The position numbers and the translations under genes are program-made. DNA of 24,882 nucleotides from Dehalococcoidales bacterium (GTDB lineage Bacteria; Chloroflexota; Dehalococcoidia; Dehalococcoidales; BS750m-G39): positions 1 to 24,882 of the forward strand of contig DATKYX010000043.1 in assembly GCA_035528255.1 (NCBI GenBank), read 5' to 3'. The first letter of the stretch is position 1; every line of letters begins with the position of its first letter. The notes beneath the pieces were generated by a model. That model had not been told where the DNA came from. It ran no database searches and saw only the letters and a list, made by a program, of their open reading frames with translations. Shown here piece by piece: positions 7,790 to 15,618 of this stretch.

Positions 7790-8094
7790 TTTCTTTTTAC
7801 CTCCTTAAAGAATTATTTAGCTCTTCCGCCGAACAGCCTTACCTTAATATATAAACCCCATTTTCACCTCCCCGAATCTAGCCCGTCCAGAGAAATTATG
7901 TGCCCTGGCTGGACAAGTTCAGGGCATCTCACGGTCTTTTAGGAAACATATCCGATTTTCTTTCCACCCTACTCGTGGCTAAACTAGCGTTCAGTAGGAA
8001 AATATCGCCCATACTACCAAACCCTTTCAGGATATAACCAACGCCATAAAGATAACAACCCCACCCCTCCCCACGCCGCGTATTAAAATCGGGC

Positions 8095-8799
8095 TTAAAG
8101 CCCCAGATAGGCTTTCTTGACCATCTCCTCTTGCAGAAGATGCTCGCAGTCTCCCTCGAGGACAATATGCCCGTTCTCAAGCACGTATGCCCGGTCAGCT
8201 ATCTCCAGGGTGCGTGGAACATTCTGCTCGATAAGCAGTATGGTAATCCCCCGCTCGCGCAGGGCCTTAATGACATCGAAAACCTCGGCCATAATTATCG
8301 GCGCCAGCCCGTAGGAAGGCTCATCGAAGATGCATAGCTTCGGCATCGACATCAGACCCCTCCCCATCGCCAGCATCTGCTGCTCGCCACCGCTCAACGT
8401 CCGGCCCAACTGCCCCGCCCTCTCCTTCAATATGGGGAAAGACTCATAAACCTGCTCAAAAGTCTCATTCCGGTGCTTCCAGGCTCTGGGGGTATAAGCC
8501 CCCATCTCCAGGTTCTCATGCACCGACATGTCGGCAAAGAGCCTTCTCCCCTCAGGCACATGAGAAATACCCAGTCCCACGATTTTGTGAGGCGGCAAGT
8601 CGTCTATCCTCTGGCCCATGAACTCGATAGTACCCGAAGCCGGTTGCAGCAGACCCGTTATAGTATTAAGCAGCGTGGTCTTGCCCGCGCCGTTAGCTCC
8701 AACCAGAGCCACTATCTCGGTCTCCTCGATGTTTATAGAAATATCCCATAAGGCCTGGATCTTGCCATAAGAGGTATTGACGTTACAAACTTCCAGCAT
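8095..8799 (-). CDS. livF: Branched-chain amino acid (HAAT) ABC transporter ATP-binding subunit
   Basis: GANGAGKTT, HVPEGRRLF, LSGGEQQMLAMGR, DEPS, LLIEQN. Confidence 0.92.
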   Translation of the reverse strand: MLEVCNVNTSYGKIQALWDISINIEETEIVALVGANGAGKTTLLNTITGLLQPASGTIEFMGQRIDDLPPHKIVGLGISHVPEGRRLFADMSVHENLEMGAYTPRAWKHRNETFEQVYESFPILKERAGQLGRTLSGGEQQMLAMGRGLMSMPKLCIFDEPSYGLAPIIMAEVFDVIKALRERGITILLIEQNVPRTLEIADRAYVLENGHIVLEGDCEHLLQEEMVKKAYLGL

Positions 8800-8803
8800 A
8801 AAC

Positions 8804-9523
8804 CTACTCTCCTAAGTATACCTCAATAACCTTCTTGCTGGTAGCAATTTCCTGGGGCGTTCCGTCGGCAATCTTCTCGCCGTGATGGAGAACCATAATT
8901 CGGTCGCAAACGCCCATAATCGCCTTCATAACATGCTCGATCATAAAAACGGTAAACCCTCTATCCCGAATCCTTTTCACCAGCTCCATAGCCTCGGCGG
9001 TCTCGGTGGGCGTTAGTCCCGCCATCACCTCGTCGAGCAACAACATATCCGCCTTGGTGGCTAAAGCCCGGGCTATCTCGACCCGCTTCTGGTTAACCAG
9101 GGTCAAACCCCCGGCCGGGATATTTTTAGGCACGGTAAATCCGACAAAATCCAATAACTCCCCGGCTTCCTTGGTAGCCTGCGCTGTTGACATAGCCTTC
9201 GGCCCCCCGAACAGCGCGCCCAACGACACATTCTCTATAGCCGGCACACCGCCGAAAATCTTAACCTCCTGAAAGGTTCGGGCCATCCCCATCCGGCATA
9301 TTTTATACGGTTTTAGGCCGCTGATTTTTTTACCCTTAAACTTTATTACTCCCGACTTAGGGGTAAACGCCCCCGATATCAGGTTAAAAAGCGTTGTCTT
9401 ACCCGCCCCGTTAGGTCCGATCAGGCCGAAAATCTCGCCCTGCTCGACGGAAAAATCTACTTCCGATACCGCCGCCAGCCCGCCAAAGTACTTGGTAACC
9501 TTTTCACCTTCAAGTATTCGCAT
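8804..9523 (-). CDS. livG: HAAT ABC transporter ATP-binding subunit
   Basis: GPNGAGKTTLFN, GMARTFQ, LLLDE..AGL, IEHVM...CDRI.VLHHG. Confidence 0.92.
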   Translation of the reverse strand: MRILEGEKVTKYFGGLAAVSEVDFSVEQGEIFGLIGPNGAGKTTLFNLISGAFTPKSGVIKFKGKKISGLKPYKICRMGMARTFQEVKIFGGVPAIENVSLGALFGGPKAMSTAQATKEAGELLDFVGFTVPKNIPAGGLTLVNQKRVEIARALATKADMLLLDEVMAGLTPTETAEAMELVKRIRDRGFTVFMIEHVMKAIMGVCDRIMVLHHGEKIADGTPQEIATSKKVIEVYLGE

Positions 9524-10487
9524 TCTGTTCCACCGAACCTCCTTTCCTCCACTTCCGTACCAGTCCTACCAGTTTTTGTATCACCCCCATCAGTCCGTTA
9601 GGCATGAATACTATAGCGCCTATTAATACGGCACCGAAGATGAGCATATAGTAGTTTTTCAAATCACCCGTAGTTAACACTTCCTGGATATAGGTAAAGA
9701 GCACCGCGCCGATAACCGGCCCGTAAATATTCCCCATCCCGCCGAAAATAGCCATCAGCACCGGAGTGAAAGATATCATCAGGTTAAAAGCGACGCCCGG
9801 GTCTACATAAGTCCATTTCGTCGCCATGACAACGCCTGCGGCACCCATAAATATTGCGCTCACGGCAAAAGTAAGAATCTTAACCATGGTAACGTTGACG
9901 CCGGTATGCGCCGCCGCTTCTTCGTTCTGACCGATGCTTCGCAGCGCCAGCCCGAACTTCGACCTTCTCATAAAGTAAGCTGCAATCATTGTGACGACGA
10001 AGATGCCCAGCAGATAATAGTAAATGGTATCGTTACTCTGAAGCACAACGAACCTTCCGCGGAGACCTTCGACAGTGATTTCGTAGTAGTAAATCAACTC
10101 CTTGAAAAGCAGCACGAGACCGAAGGTAAACATGGCGAAATAAATGCCGCGCAGCCTTAAGGTTATGGCGCCGAAGATGAAGGCGAGAACAAAGCTGGCA
10201 GCGCCTCCGATTAAGACCACGAAGATTAACGGCATTGATTCTCCCAGTAGCGCCGCCGCATAAATGCCAACCCCGAAAAAGGCAGACGACGCCAGCGAGA
10301 TATAGCCGGTGGCGCCGGAGAAAATCGTCCAGGCAACCGCCAGGATAATATACATCAGAAAATAGCTAAGGCGCGTAACCCAATATGCCGAGCCGTATTG
10401 CGGGAAAAAGCTCAGTAAAATTACGCCTACCAGCGGTATTCCCCAGATTATGGCATTCTTTTTCCAGTTTATCTTGCTAAAGTTCAT
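9510..10487 (-). CDS. livM: HAAT ABC transporter permease
   Basis: GYISL...AFFGVGIY, RLRGIYFAMFT, FG.ALRSIGQNEEAA...GVN, GGMGNIYGPVIG. Confidence 0.9.
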   Translation of the reverse strand: MNFSKINWKKNAIIWGIPLVGVILLSFFPQYGSAYWVTRLSYFLMYIILAVAWTIFSGATGYISLASSAFFGVGIYAAALLGESMPLIFVVLIGGAASFVLAFIFGAITLRLRGIYFAMFTFGLVLLFKELIYYYEITVEGLRGRFVVLQSNDTIYYYLLGIFVVTMIAAYFMRRSKFGLALRSIGQNEEAAAHTGVNVTMVKILTFAVSAIFMGAAGVVMATKWTYVDPGVAFNLMISFTPVLMAIFGGMGNIYGPVIGAVLFTYIQEVLTTGDLKNYYMLIFGAVLIGAIVFMPNGLMGVIQKLVGLVRKWRKGGSVEQNANT

Positions 10488-10490
10488 TTC

Positions 10491-11354
10491 TTATTTCCCA
10501 AAGAGGCCTTTCGGCCTAACCAGCAATAAAATGACAAAGATTACATAGTAAGAAGCCACGGATAAACCCGCGTCCCAGGATGTGACGGCGGTACCAATAA
10601 CGCCCAGGATAAAACCCCCGATAAAACTGCCGGGAATGCTGCCGAGCCCGCCCAGCGTGATGACGACGATGGCAATGACGGTATAGCCCAGGCCCATCGT
10701 CGTAGATATCGGGTAGCAAACGCTGATAAGCGCACCGGCGACACCCGCCATGGCGGCACCGAAGCCAAAACACAATGCCAGTGTGTTATTAATATTGACC
10801 CCCATCAACCCGGCGGTAGTGGGGTCCTGGGCAGCCGCCCGGATAGCCTTGCCGGTACGGGCTCTGGCTAAATAGAGGTAGAAAGCGGCGCCGACCGCGA
10901 TGGCGAACGCCGCGGCGACCAGCCGGCTATCGTTAAATAACGCTCCGCCGAGAGAGACAGTCCCGGGCAAATAACTGTAACTTTGTGGTGTGGTGCCCCA
11001 GATGAGGCGCCCGATATTTTGAACGATAAAATAAAGCCCGAAGGCAGCCAGCAAGGCGTTGCTTTCAAAAACCCCCGGGTTGGATGCTTTTAACCTGATG
11101 GTTGTGAAAATCGTCCGGTAAATGATAAATCCCACAATAAACATCAGCGGGGCGATTATCACAACGGTAAGCAGCGGGTCAACGCCATTTTGCTGCAGCA
11201 CGAAGGTAAGGAAAGCGCCTATCATTAAAAACTCGCCGTGGGCGATGTTCAATACCTTGGCGACGCCATATTGCAGGCTAAGCCCCATAGATACTAACGA
11301 ATAAATACCGCCGATTAAAAGGCCGCCAATGAAGATGCTAAGAAAATGTTCCAT
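10491..11354 (-). CDS. livH: HAAT ABC transporter permease
   Basis: GL..GGIYSL.S.GL.L.YG..KVLNIAHGEF, GKAIRAAAQD...AGLMGVN, GGLGSIPG. Confidence 0.92.
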   Translation of the reverse strand: MEHFLSIFIGGLLIGGIYSLVSMGLSLQYGVAKVLNIAHGEFLMIGAFLTFVLQQNGVDPLLTVVIIAPLMFIVGFIIYRTIFTTIRLKASNPGVFESNALLAAFGLYFIVQNIGRLIWGTTPQSYSYLPGTVSLGGALFNDSRLVAAAFAIAVGAAFYLYLARARTGKAIRAAAQDPTTAGLMGVNINNTLALCFGFGAAMAGVAGALISVCYPISTTMGLGYTVIAIVVITLGGLGSIPGSFIGGFILGVIGTAVTSWDAGLSVASYYVIFVILLLVRPKGLFGK

Positions 11355-11541
11355 TATATTATCTCAAATATCTCAAAGACATTCGCTAGATATTATATAC
11401 TTTATACTGGATTTTACACAAGCAGACTGGCTGAAGGTCATACAAGGTATCTTTCTAGAGGATACCGGTTTTGACCCCCGGTATGACCCCCAGACAGCCT
11501 GCAAACTCTATTTTTTTGCTATTTAGCTCTCCGACTAAGGT

Positions 11542-12837
11542 TTACTCTGTCGGCCACGGCAGCTTCGGATAGATGGGGTCTGCGGTGCGGTGTTCGTCGT
11601 TGTCGACGACTTCAAAGATGCCGCTCTGCCACTGCCCGATTTGTCCGGAGTAGCATGCCTGCGGCAACAGGCCGCCGCCATTTTCACCCTGAATATCCCA
11701 ATACATGTCTCCTATTATTGTGTCGAAATGGGCGGTCCTGTAAACTTCCAGGATTGCCTCGGTATCAAGGGTGGCAGCCTCTTCGATGGCCTGCTGGAGG
11801 TACTGGAGACTGGCATAGTATACATTAGCACCCCACCAGTCCTGATTGCCCATGCCAACCAGGCCCGTCAGCTTATCCGCGAACTCAGCGAGTGCGGGTG
11901 AGCTATTCCTGTTCCACGCGCCCTCACCCATAACACCTTCCAGAGCGGGGCCGAACACGAGATTGAAGAACTCGAAGTTACAGCCCGGGCCAATCAAGAC
12001 GCAATCCGGGTTGAACTCCAGCGCCATGGCAGTCTGCATGAAGAGCATATTCTGGTTCGGATAGCAGAAGCAGCAGAAGATATCGGGGTCCAAAGCCTTG
12101 GCTTCCTCGATTATCGGGTTCATATCCGAGATAGTAACCGGTATGCTCGTGGAGCCCACGACCGTGATGCCATTCAGGGCGAATTCGCCTTGGGCGGCAG
12201 CGTTATATTCGGCGCCGTGCAGGTCGGCCATGTACATGATGTATGCCGTCTTAGCCCCTGCCTCTACCATGAGTTCGGTGAACACGGGTATCTGGAAATG
12301 GTTGGCGTAGTTCAAAACGGAGACGACGTAAGGCATGTCGGGCATCACCGGCTCGAGGGTGGTGGCGCCGCCTTCGCCGCAGAGCATGAGTGTCTCGTAT
12401 TTATTGGCGATAGGCGCCGCGGAAAAGAGCATGGCGGTGCCGGTCGGCCCGAAGAGGAAGTCGACATTGTCTTCCGTGATCAGCTTCTCGAGATTCCTGG
12501 TGCATGCGGCCGGGTCGCTGGCATCATCGTACTCTATTATTCTGACCTGAAGCATCTTGCCAGCCACATTGATGCCGCCGGCGGCGTTGACTTCTTCAGC
12601 CCACATCTTATAGAGAGGGGCGAAGCCATAGTCCTGGAAACCGGCCTGCGGGCCGGTGATATCCCGGGAAGCGCCGATGACGATTTCATCTTGTTCTGGC
12701 GGAGTTGGTCCGGTTGGTTCGGTGGGTCCGGTTGGTTCGGTCGGTCCGGTTGGCTCGGTTTCTTTTTCACAAGCAACCAACAAGCCGCTGAACAGCAACG
12801 TCACCACCAACAATACCAATAATATTTTCTTGCTCAC
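11542..12837 (-). CDS. HAAT ABC substrate-binding lipoprotein (LivK-like, type I periplasmic-binding fold)
   Basis: GTG start after AAAGGAG; lipobox LLVAC; Pro/Thr linker; EVNAAGGINVAGK, YDDASDP, VDFLFGP. Confidence 0.88.
   Translation of the reverse strand: MSKKILLVLLVVTLLFSGLLVACEKETEPTGPTEPTGPTEPTGPTPPEQDEIVIGASRDITGPQAGFQDYGFAPLYKMWAEEVNAAGGINVAGKMLQVRIIEYDDASDPAACTRNLEKLITEDNVDFLFGPTGTAMLFSAAPIANKYETLMLCGEGGATTLEPVMPDMPYVVSVLNYANHFQIPVFTELMVEAGAKTAYIMYMADLHGAEYNAAAQGEFALNGITVVGSTSIPVTISDMNPIIEEAKALDPDIFCCFCYPNQNMLFMQTAMALEFNPDCVLIGPGCNFEFFNLVFGPALEGVMGEGAWNRNSSPALAEFADKLTGLVGMGNQDWWGANVYYASLQYLQQAIEEAATLDTEAILEVYRTAHFDTIIGDMYWDIQGENGGGLLPQACYSGQIGQWQSGIFEVVDNDEHRTADPIYPKLPWPTE
12707..12760. 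repeat. 3 x 18-bp in-frame tandem repeat encoding (T/P)EPTGP units in the lipoprotein linker
   Basis: GGTCCGGTTGGTTCGGTG / GGTCCGGTTGGTTCGGTC / GGTCCGGTTGGCTCGGTT. Confidence 0.95.
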
Positions 12838-13001
12838 TTGTTTCTCCTTTCTTGAGTTTCAAGGATGGTTTTAGTTCGTAACGTCGAAAACCTCACATAG
12901 GCTCACCCCCTATTCCTTGATAATTGATATCGGCTTTGGTTCCCTGGTAAAATTGTGAGTCCAGTACCTTGGCCATTTTCAGACAAATCGACCTTGCCCG
13001 A

Positions 13002-13030
13002 ATGATACACCCCGTTAAGATAGTTGTCAA
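13002..13030 (-). promoter_or_regulatory. Sigma70-type promoter (proximal) for the ABC operon
   Basis: Minus strand TTGACA-N17-TATCAT. Confidence 0.65.
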
Positions 13031-13142
13031 TGCACCCAGCCTCTTATGAGATACATTCGGCGCTACCGAAAAGATTCCTACTAACCCCTGGACAGCGCGA
13101 GATGATATTCGAAACATCTGCGAAATTTTAAGTTACTGTGAG

Positions 13143-13171
13143 AGTATAATTAACCATCGCCATTTTGTCAA
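13143..13171 (-). promoter_or_regulatory. Sigma70-type promoter (distal), 2 bp past the tRNA CCA end
   Basis: Minus strand TTGACA-N17-TATACT. Confidence 0.7.
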
Positions 13172-13173
13172 GA

Positions 13174-13250
13174 TGGTGGGCGGTACCGGGCTCGAACCAG
13201 TGACCTCTGCGATGTCAACGCAGTGCTCTAACCAACTGAGCTAACCGCCC
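13174..13250 (-). tRNA. tRNA-Val (GAC), encoded CCA
   Basis: GGGCGGTTAGCTCAGTTGGTTAGAGCA...CTGCG-TTGACAT-CGCAG...GGTTCGAGCCC...CCGCCC-ACCA; 77-nt cloverleaf. Confidence 0.97.
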
Positions 13251-13266
13251 TTTAAAAGCAAAGAAT

Positions 13267-13295
13267 ATTCTACTAGATACCCCGACTTCGGTCAA
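13267..13295 (-). promoter_or_regulatory. Probable tRNA promoter overlapping the 3' end of the symporter gene
   Basis: Minus strand TTGACC-N17-TAGAAT ending 16 nt before the tRNA. Confidence 0.65.
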
Positions 13296-14667
13296 GGCTC
13301 TTGCCCCTCACCCTGTTTTCGATAAAGCTGACCGCGAAAAGAAGCACCCCGCTGGCCAGCAGCCCCCCCAAATCCAGGTACTTTATCTCGAACAGCTTGC
13401 TCACCAGCGCCAGCCCCCCACCCCCGATAATCGCCGCCAGCGCTCCCAGCGAAGTAACTTTGAGCTTATCCTTATAAAAGCCGGCCAGCACCGGCAAAAT
13501 CACGCCGCAGGTATAGACGGTATAGGCAAAGAGGAGTGAGCTTATCACCCCTTTAAGCGCCAGCGCCACCAGCAAAGAGCAAATCCCCAGCAGCACTATC
13601 CCCCACCGGGAAAGGAACAAAAGCCTGTCCTGGCTCAGCGAGGGCTTAAACCGCCCCACGATATCCACCGAAAGTATGGTGCTGGCCGTCATCAGGCAGG
13701 TGTCGGCGGAAGACATCACCGCCCCCAGCAGCGCCGCCAGCACTATATAACCCAGAAAAGGCGGCAAGACCTCGGTTATCACCGTTGGGAAAGCCTGCTC
13801 CGGCGAAATACCGGGGAACATAGCCGACGCCCCCATGCCGATTACGGTAATGCCCAGGGCAAAGGGGATAATAAGCGCCGCCGCCCAGAAGACCGATTTC
13901 CTTGCCGTCCTCCCGTCTTTAGCGCAAAACAGGCGGGAATACATATCCGGCCCCACCACATAGGTCAACCCCACCAACAACAGCAAAGAGACCAGCTCGT
14001 AACCGCCGAACGACTCGCTTATGGGAAAAGCGAAATGGTCCGCGGGTAGAGCCGTCTCCAGCCCCCCCCACCCCCCGACACGGGTCAGCACCAGCGCCAG
14101 CCCGCCGAAGATGCCCAGGAAGATTATCCCCACCTGTACAATATCGGTGCGGATAACGGAATACTGCCCGCCGATGACGGTATAGGCGATAAAGACGCCG
14201 CTGAAGATAATCATCCACATCGTCGGGTCGCCCATCCCCAGCACGCTCAATATCTTACCCGAAGCCACAATCTGGGCGGCGATAACCCCCACCCAGGAAA
14301 TAACGATAAGAATAGAAGCGGCCAGCCCGATGCGCTTATCGTACTGCTTCTCCACCAGCTCGGGCAGAGTATAAAGCCCGAACTGCCGCACCTTGCCCGC
14401 CAGGAAAATCCCCAAAACTATCAGCCCCACCGTGCCCACCAGCAGCCACCACATCCCGGTCAACCCCTGGCTGAAGCCCAACCCGGCCATACCCACCGTG
14501 GCTGAGCCGCCGATAATAGTCGCCAACAGCGAGCCGGTAATAAAAAGGGAGGAGCCGCTCCGCCCCGCCACAAAGAAATTAGTCGCTCCCCTCGCCTTGC
14601 TACGGCTCCACAGCCCGATGGCAATCATGACCACAAAATAAACGACGACGATTATCAGTCCCATCAT
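13273..14667 (-). CDS. Sodium:solute symporter (SSS/SSF family), substrate unknown
   Basis: FFVAGRS, ATIIGGSATVG..GLGF, TLPELVEKQY, GGQYSVIRTD, AVMSSADT; about 13 hydrophobic segments. Confidence 0.9.
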   Translation of the reverse strand: MMGLIIVVVYFVVMIAIGLWSRSKARGATNFFVAGRSGSSLFITGSLLATIIGGSATVGMAGLGFSQGLTGMWWLLVGTVGLIVLGIFLAGKVRQFGLYTLPELVEKQYDKRIGLAASILIVISWVGVIAAQIVASGKILSVLGMGDPTMWMIIFSGVFIAYTVIGGQYSVIRTDIVQVGIIFLGIFGGLALVLTRVGGWGGLETALPADHFAFPISESFGGYELVSLLLLVGLTYVVGPDMYSRLFCAKDGRTARKSVFWAAALIIPFALGITVIGMGASAMFPGISPEQAFPTVITEVLPPFLGYIVLAALLGAVMSSADTCLMTASTILSVDIVGRFKPSLSQDRLLFLSRWGIVLLGICSLLVALALKGVISSLLFAYTVYTCGVILPVLAGFYKDKLKVTSLGALAAIIGGGGLALVSKLFEIKYLDLGGLLASGVLLFAVSFIENRVRGKSLDRSRGI

Positions 14668-14766
14668 TCCATATCCGTCCTTTGCCTGAAAATGGTTATA
14701 CTAACTGAGGGCATAATGGCTCTATTGATAAAAAGACTGGCTCAGAACTATATCGCGCTCGGGCAG

Positions 14767-14997
14767 TTACCTGCCTGGCTTGGCGCTGCCGATAAGGGCA
14801 ATCTCTATATTCTTACCGCAGTGGGGACAGGTGATATTAAGGACAACGGGCTGCAACATTATGCGCTCGGCAACGGCGGTAACCATCGAGTCGATACTAT
14901 CCAGGCGGCTGTCCAGCATGTCGAGGCGCCGCTTGATGCGGTCCATATCCTGCGCCTTGCCGGCTCCGGCCGCCGCGGGTTCAGCTTTCTCCGCCAA
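14767..14997 (-). CDS. Small hypothetical protein: heptad coiled coil plus single CPHC motif
   Basis: TTG start after AGAGGTG; perfect promoter upstream; IKRRLDMLDSRLDSIDSMV heptads; TCPHCGKNIEI. Confidence 0.7.
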   Translation of the reverse strand: MAEKAEPAAAGAGKAQDMDRIKRRLDMLDSRLDSIDSMVTAVAERIMLQPVVLNITCPHCGKNIEIALIGSAKPGR

Positions 14998-15032
14998 TCA
15001 GACACCTCTTAAGGGAGATTATAATACGCCTC

Positions 15033-15061
15033 ATTATATGGGTAAAAAATAACGATGTCAA
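15033..15061 (-). promoter_or_regulatory. Consensus sigma70 promoter
   Basis: Minus strand TTGACA-N17-TATAAT (perfect). Confidence 0.8.
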
Positions 15062-15073
15062 AGCCTCTTCAAC

Positions 15074-15245
15074 TTCCCCACCCCTATTTTATCTATTCCC
15101 ACCCACCGCCCTTTTAAGGAAAAAGGGGGCTTCGCCCCCTCTTAAACACCCCCCAAATAAGAGATTTATAGGGGTCAAACCCCTGTAGAGCAGGCTGGGT
15201 GGGACAATAATACCTTCGCTAAACAAGGCGGGGAGGCAGGGAGTT
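15074..15245. repeat. Two divergently oriented copies of a G-rich intergenic repeat separated by GC hairpins
   Basis: Minus-strand AGGGCGGTGGGTGGGAATA (about 15094-15112), hairpins AGGGGGCTTCGCCCCCT and AGGGGTCAAACCCCT, plus-strand GGCTGGGTGGGACAATAATACCTTCGCTA. Confidence 0.7.
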
Positions 15246-15270
15246 AACAAAAAAACTTCTATTATATCTA

Positions 15271-15299
15271 TTGATTTATCAAAAACATCGTCCTATACT
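15271..15299 (+). promoter_or_regulatory. Putative sigma70 promoter
   Basis: TTGATT-N17-TATACT. Confidence 0.55.
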
Positions 15300-15330
15300 A
15301 GGGGATAATAAAGCGTGAAGGAGGAAGCCA

Positions 15331-15585
15331 ATGCCCGAGAAAGAAATCGGTACGGTAAGCGACTTCTTCGCTCGGCCGGTGGTAGCAGGCATCGAGATGA
15401 GCGGCAGCCTCAAAGTGGGCGACAAAATCCGTATCAAGGGTCACACTACCGACCTGGAAATACTGGTCGGCTCGATGCAAATTGACAACGCCAACGTCAC
15501 CGAGGCCAAGGCCGGAGATTCCGTTGGCATCAAGGTCGACGACCGGGTGAGGCGGGGCGACACCGTCTACAAGGTTACCGACTAA
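15331..15585 (+). CDS. Translation elongation factor-like small beta-barrel protein (EF-Tu domain II-like)
   Basis: IG.V..FF....VAGI....LKVGD.I.I.G.TT.....V.SMQI....V.EAKAGDSVGIKV..RVR.GD.VYKV pattern; RBS AGGAGG. Confidence 0.75.
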   Translation: MPEKEIGTVSDFFARPVVAGIEMSGSLKVGDKIRIKGHTTDLEILVGSMQIDNANVTEAKAGDSVGIKVDDRVRRGDTVYKVTD

Positions 15586-15618
15586 AGCCAATCTAAAACC
15601 GTCTGGAAAGCGAAAAAT

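Noticed and set aside
7790-8094. Cobalamin or SAM-I riboswitch upstream of the corrinoid genes
   Set aside because: No B12 box or GGGAA/CCCG core and no S-box AUC..GAU core recognised; only an isolated AGCCAG.
12190-12822. 210-aa plus-strand ORF opposite livK (and similar ORFs opposite the rib and pan genes)
   Set aside because: Antisense shadow ORFs; their composition reflects codon bias of the real genes.
12893-13117. 74-aa ORF in the livK upstream region
   Set aside because: No RBS, spans a promoter, and shows no protein-like features.
13174-13250. Active integrative element at tRNA-Val
   Set aside because: No duplicate of the tRNA 3' end and no integrase found in the window.
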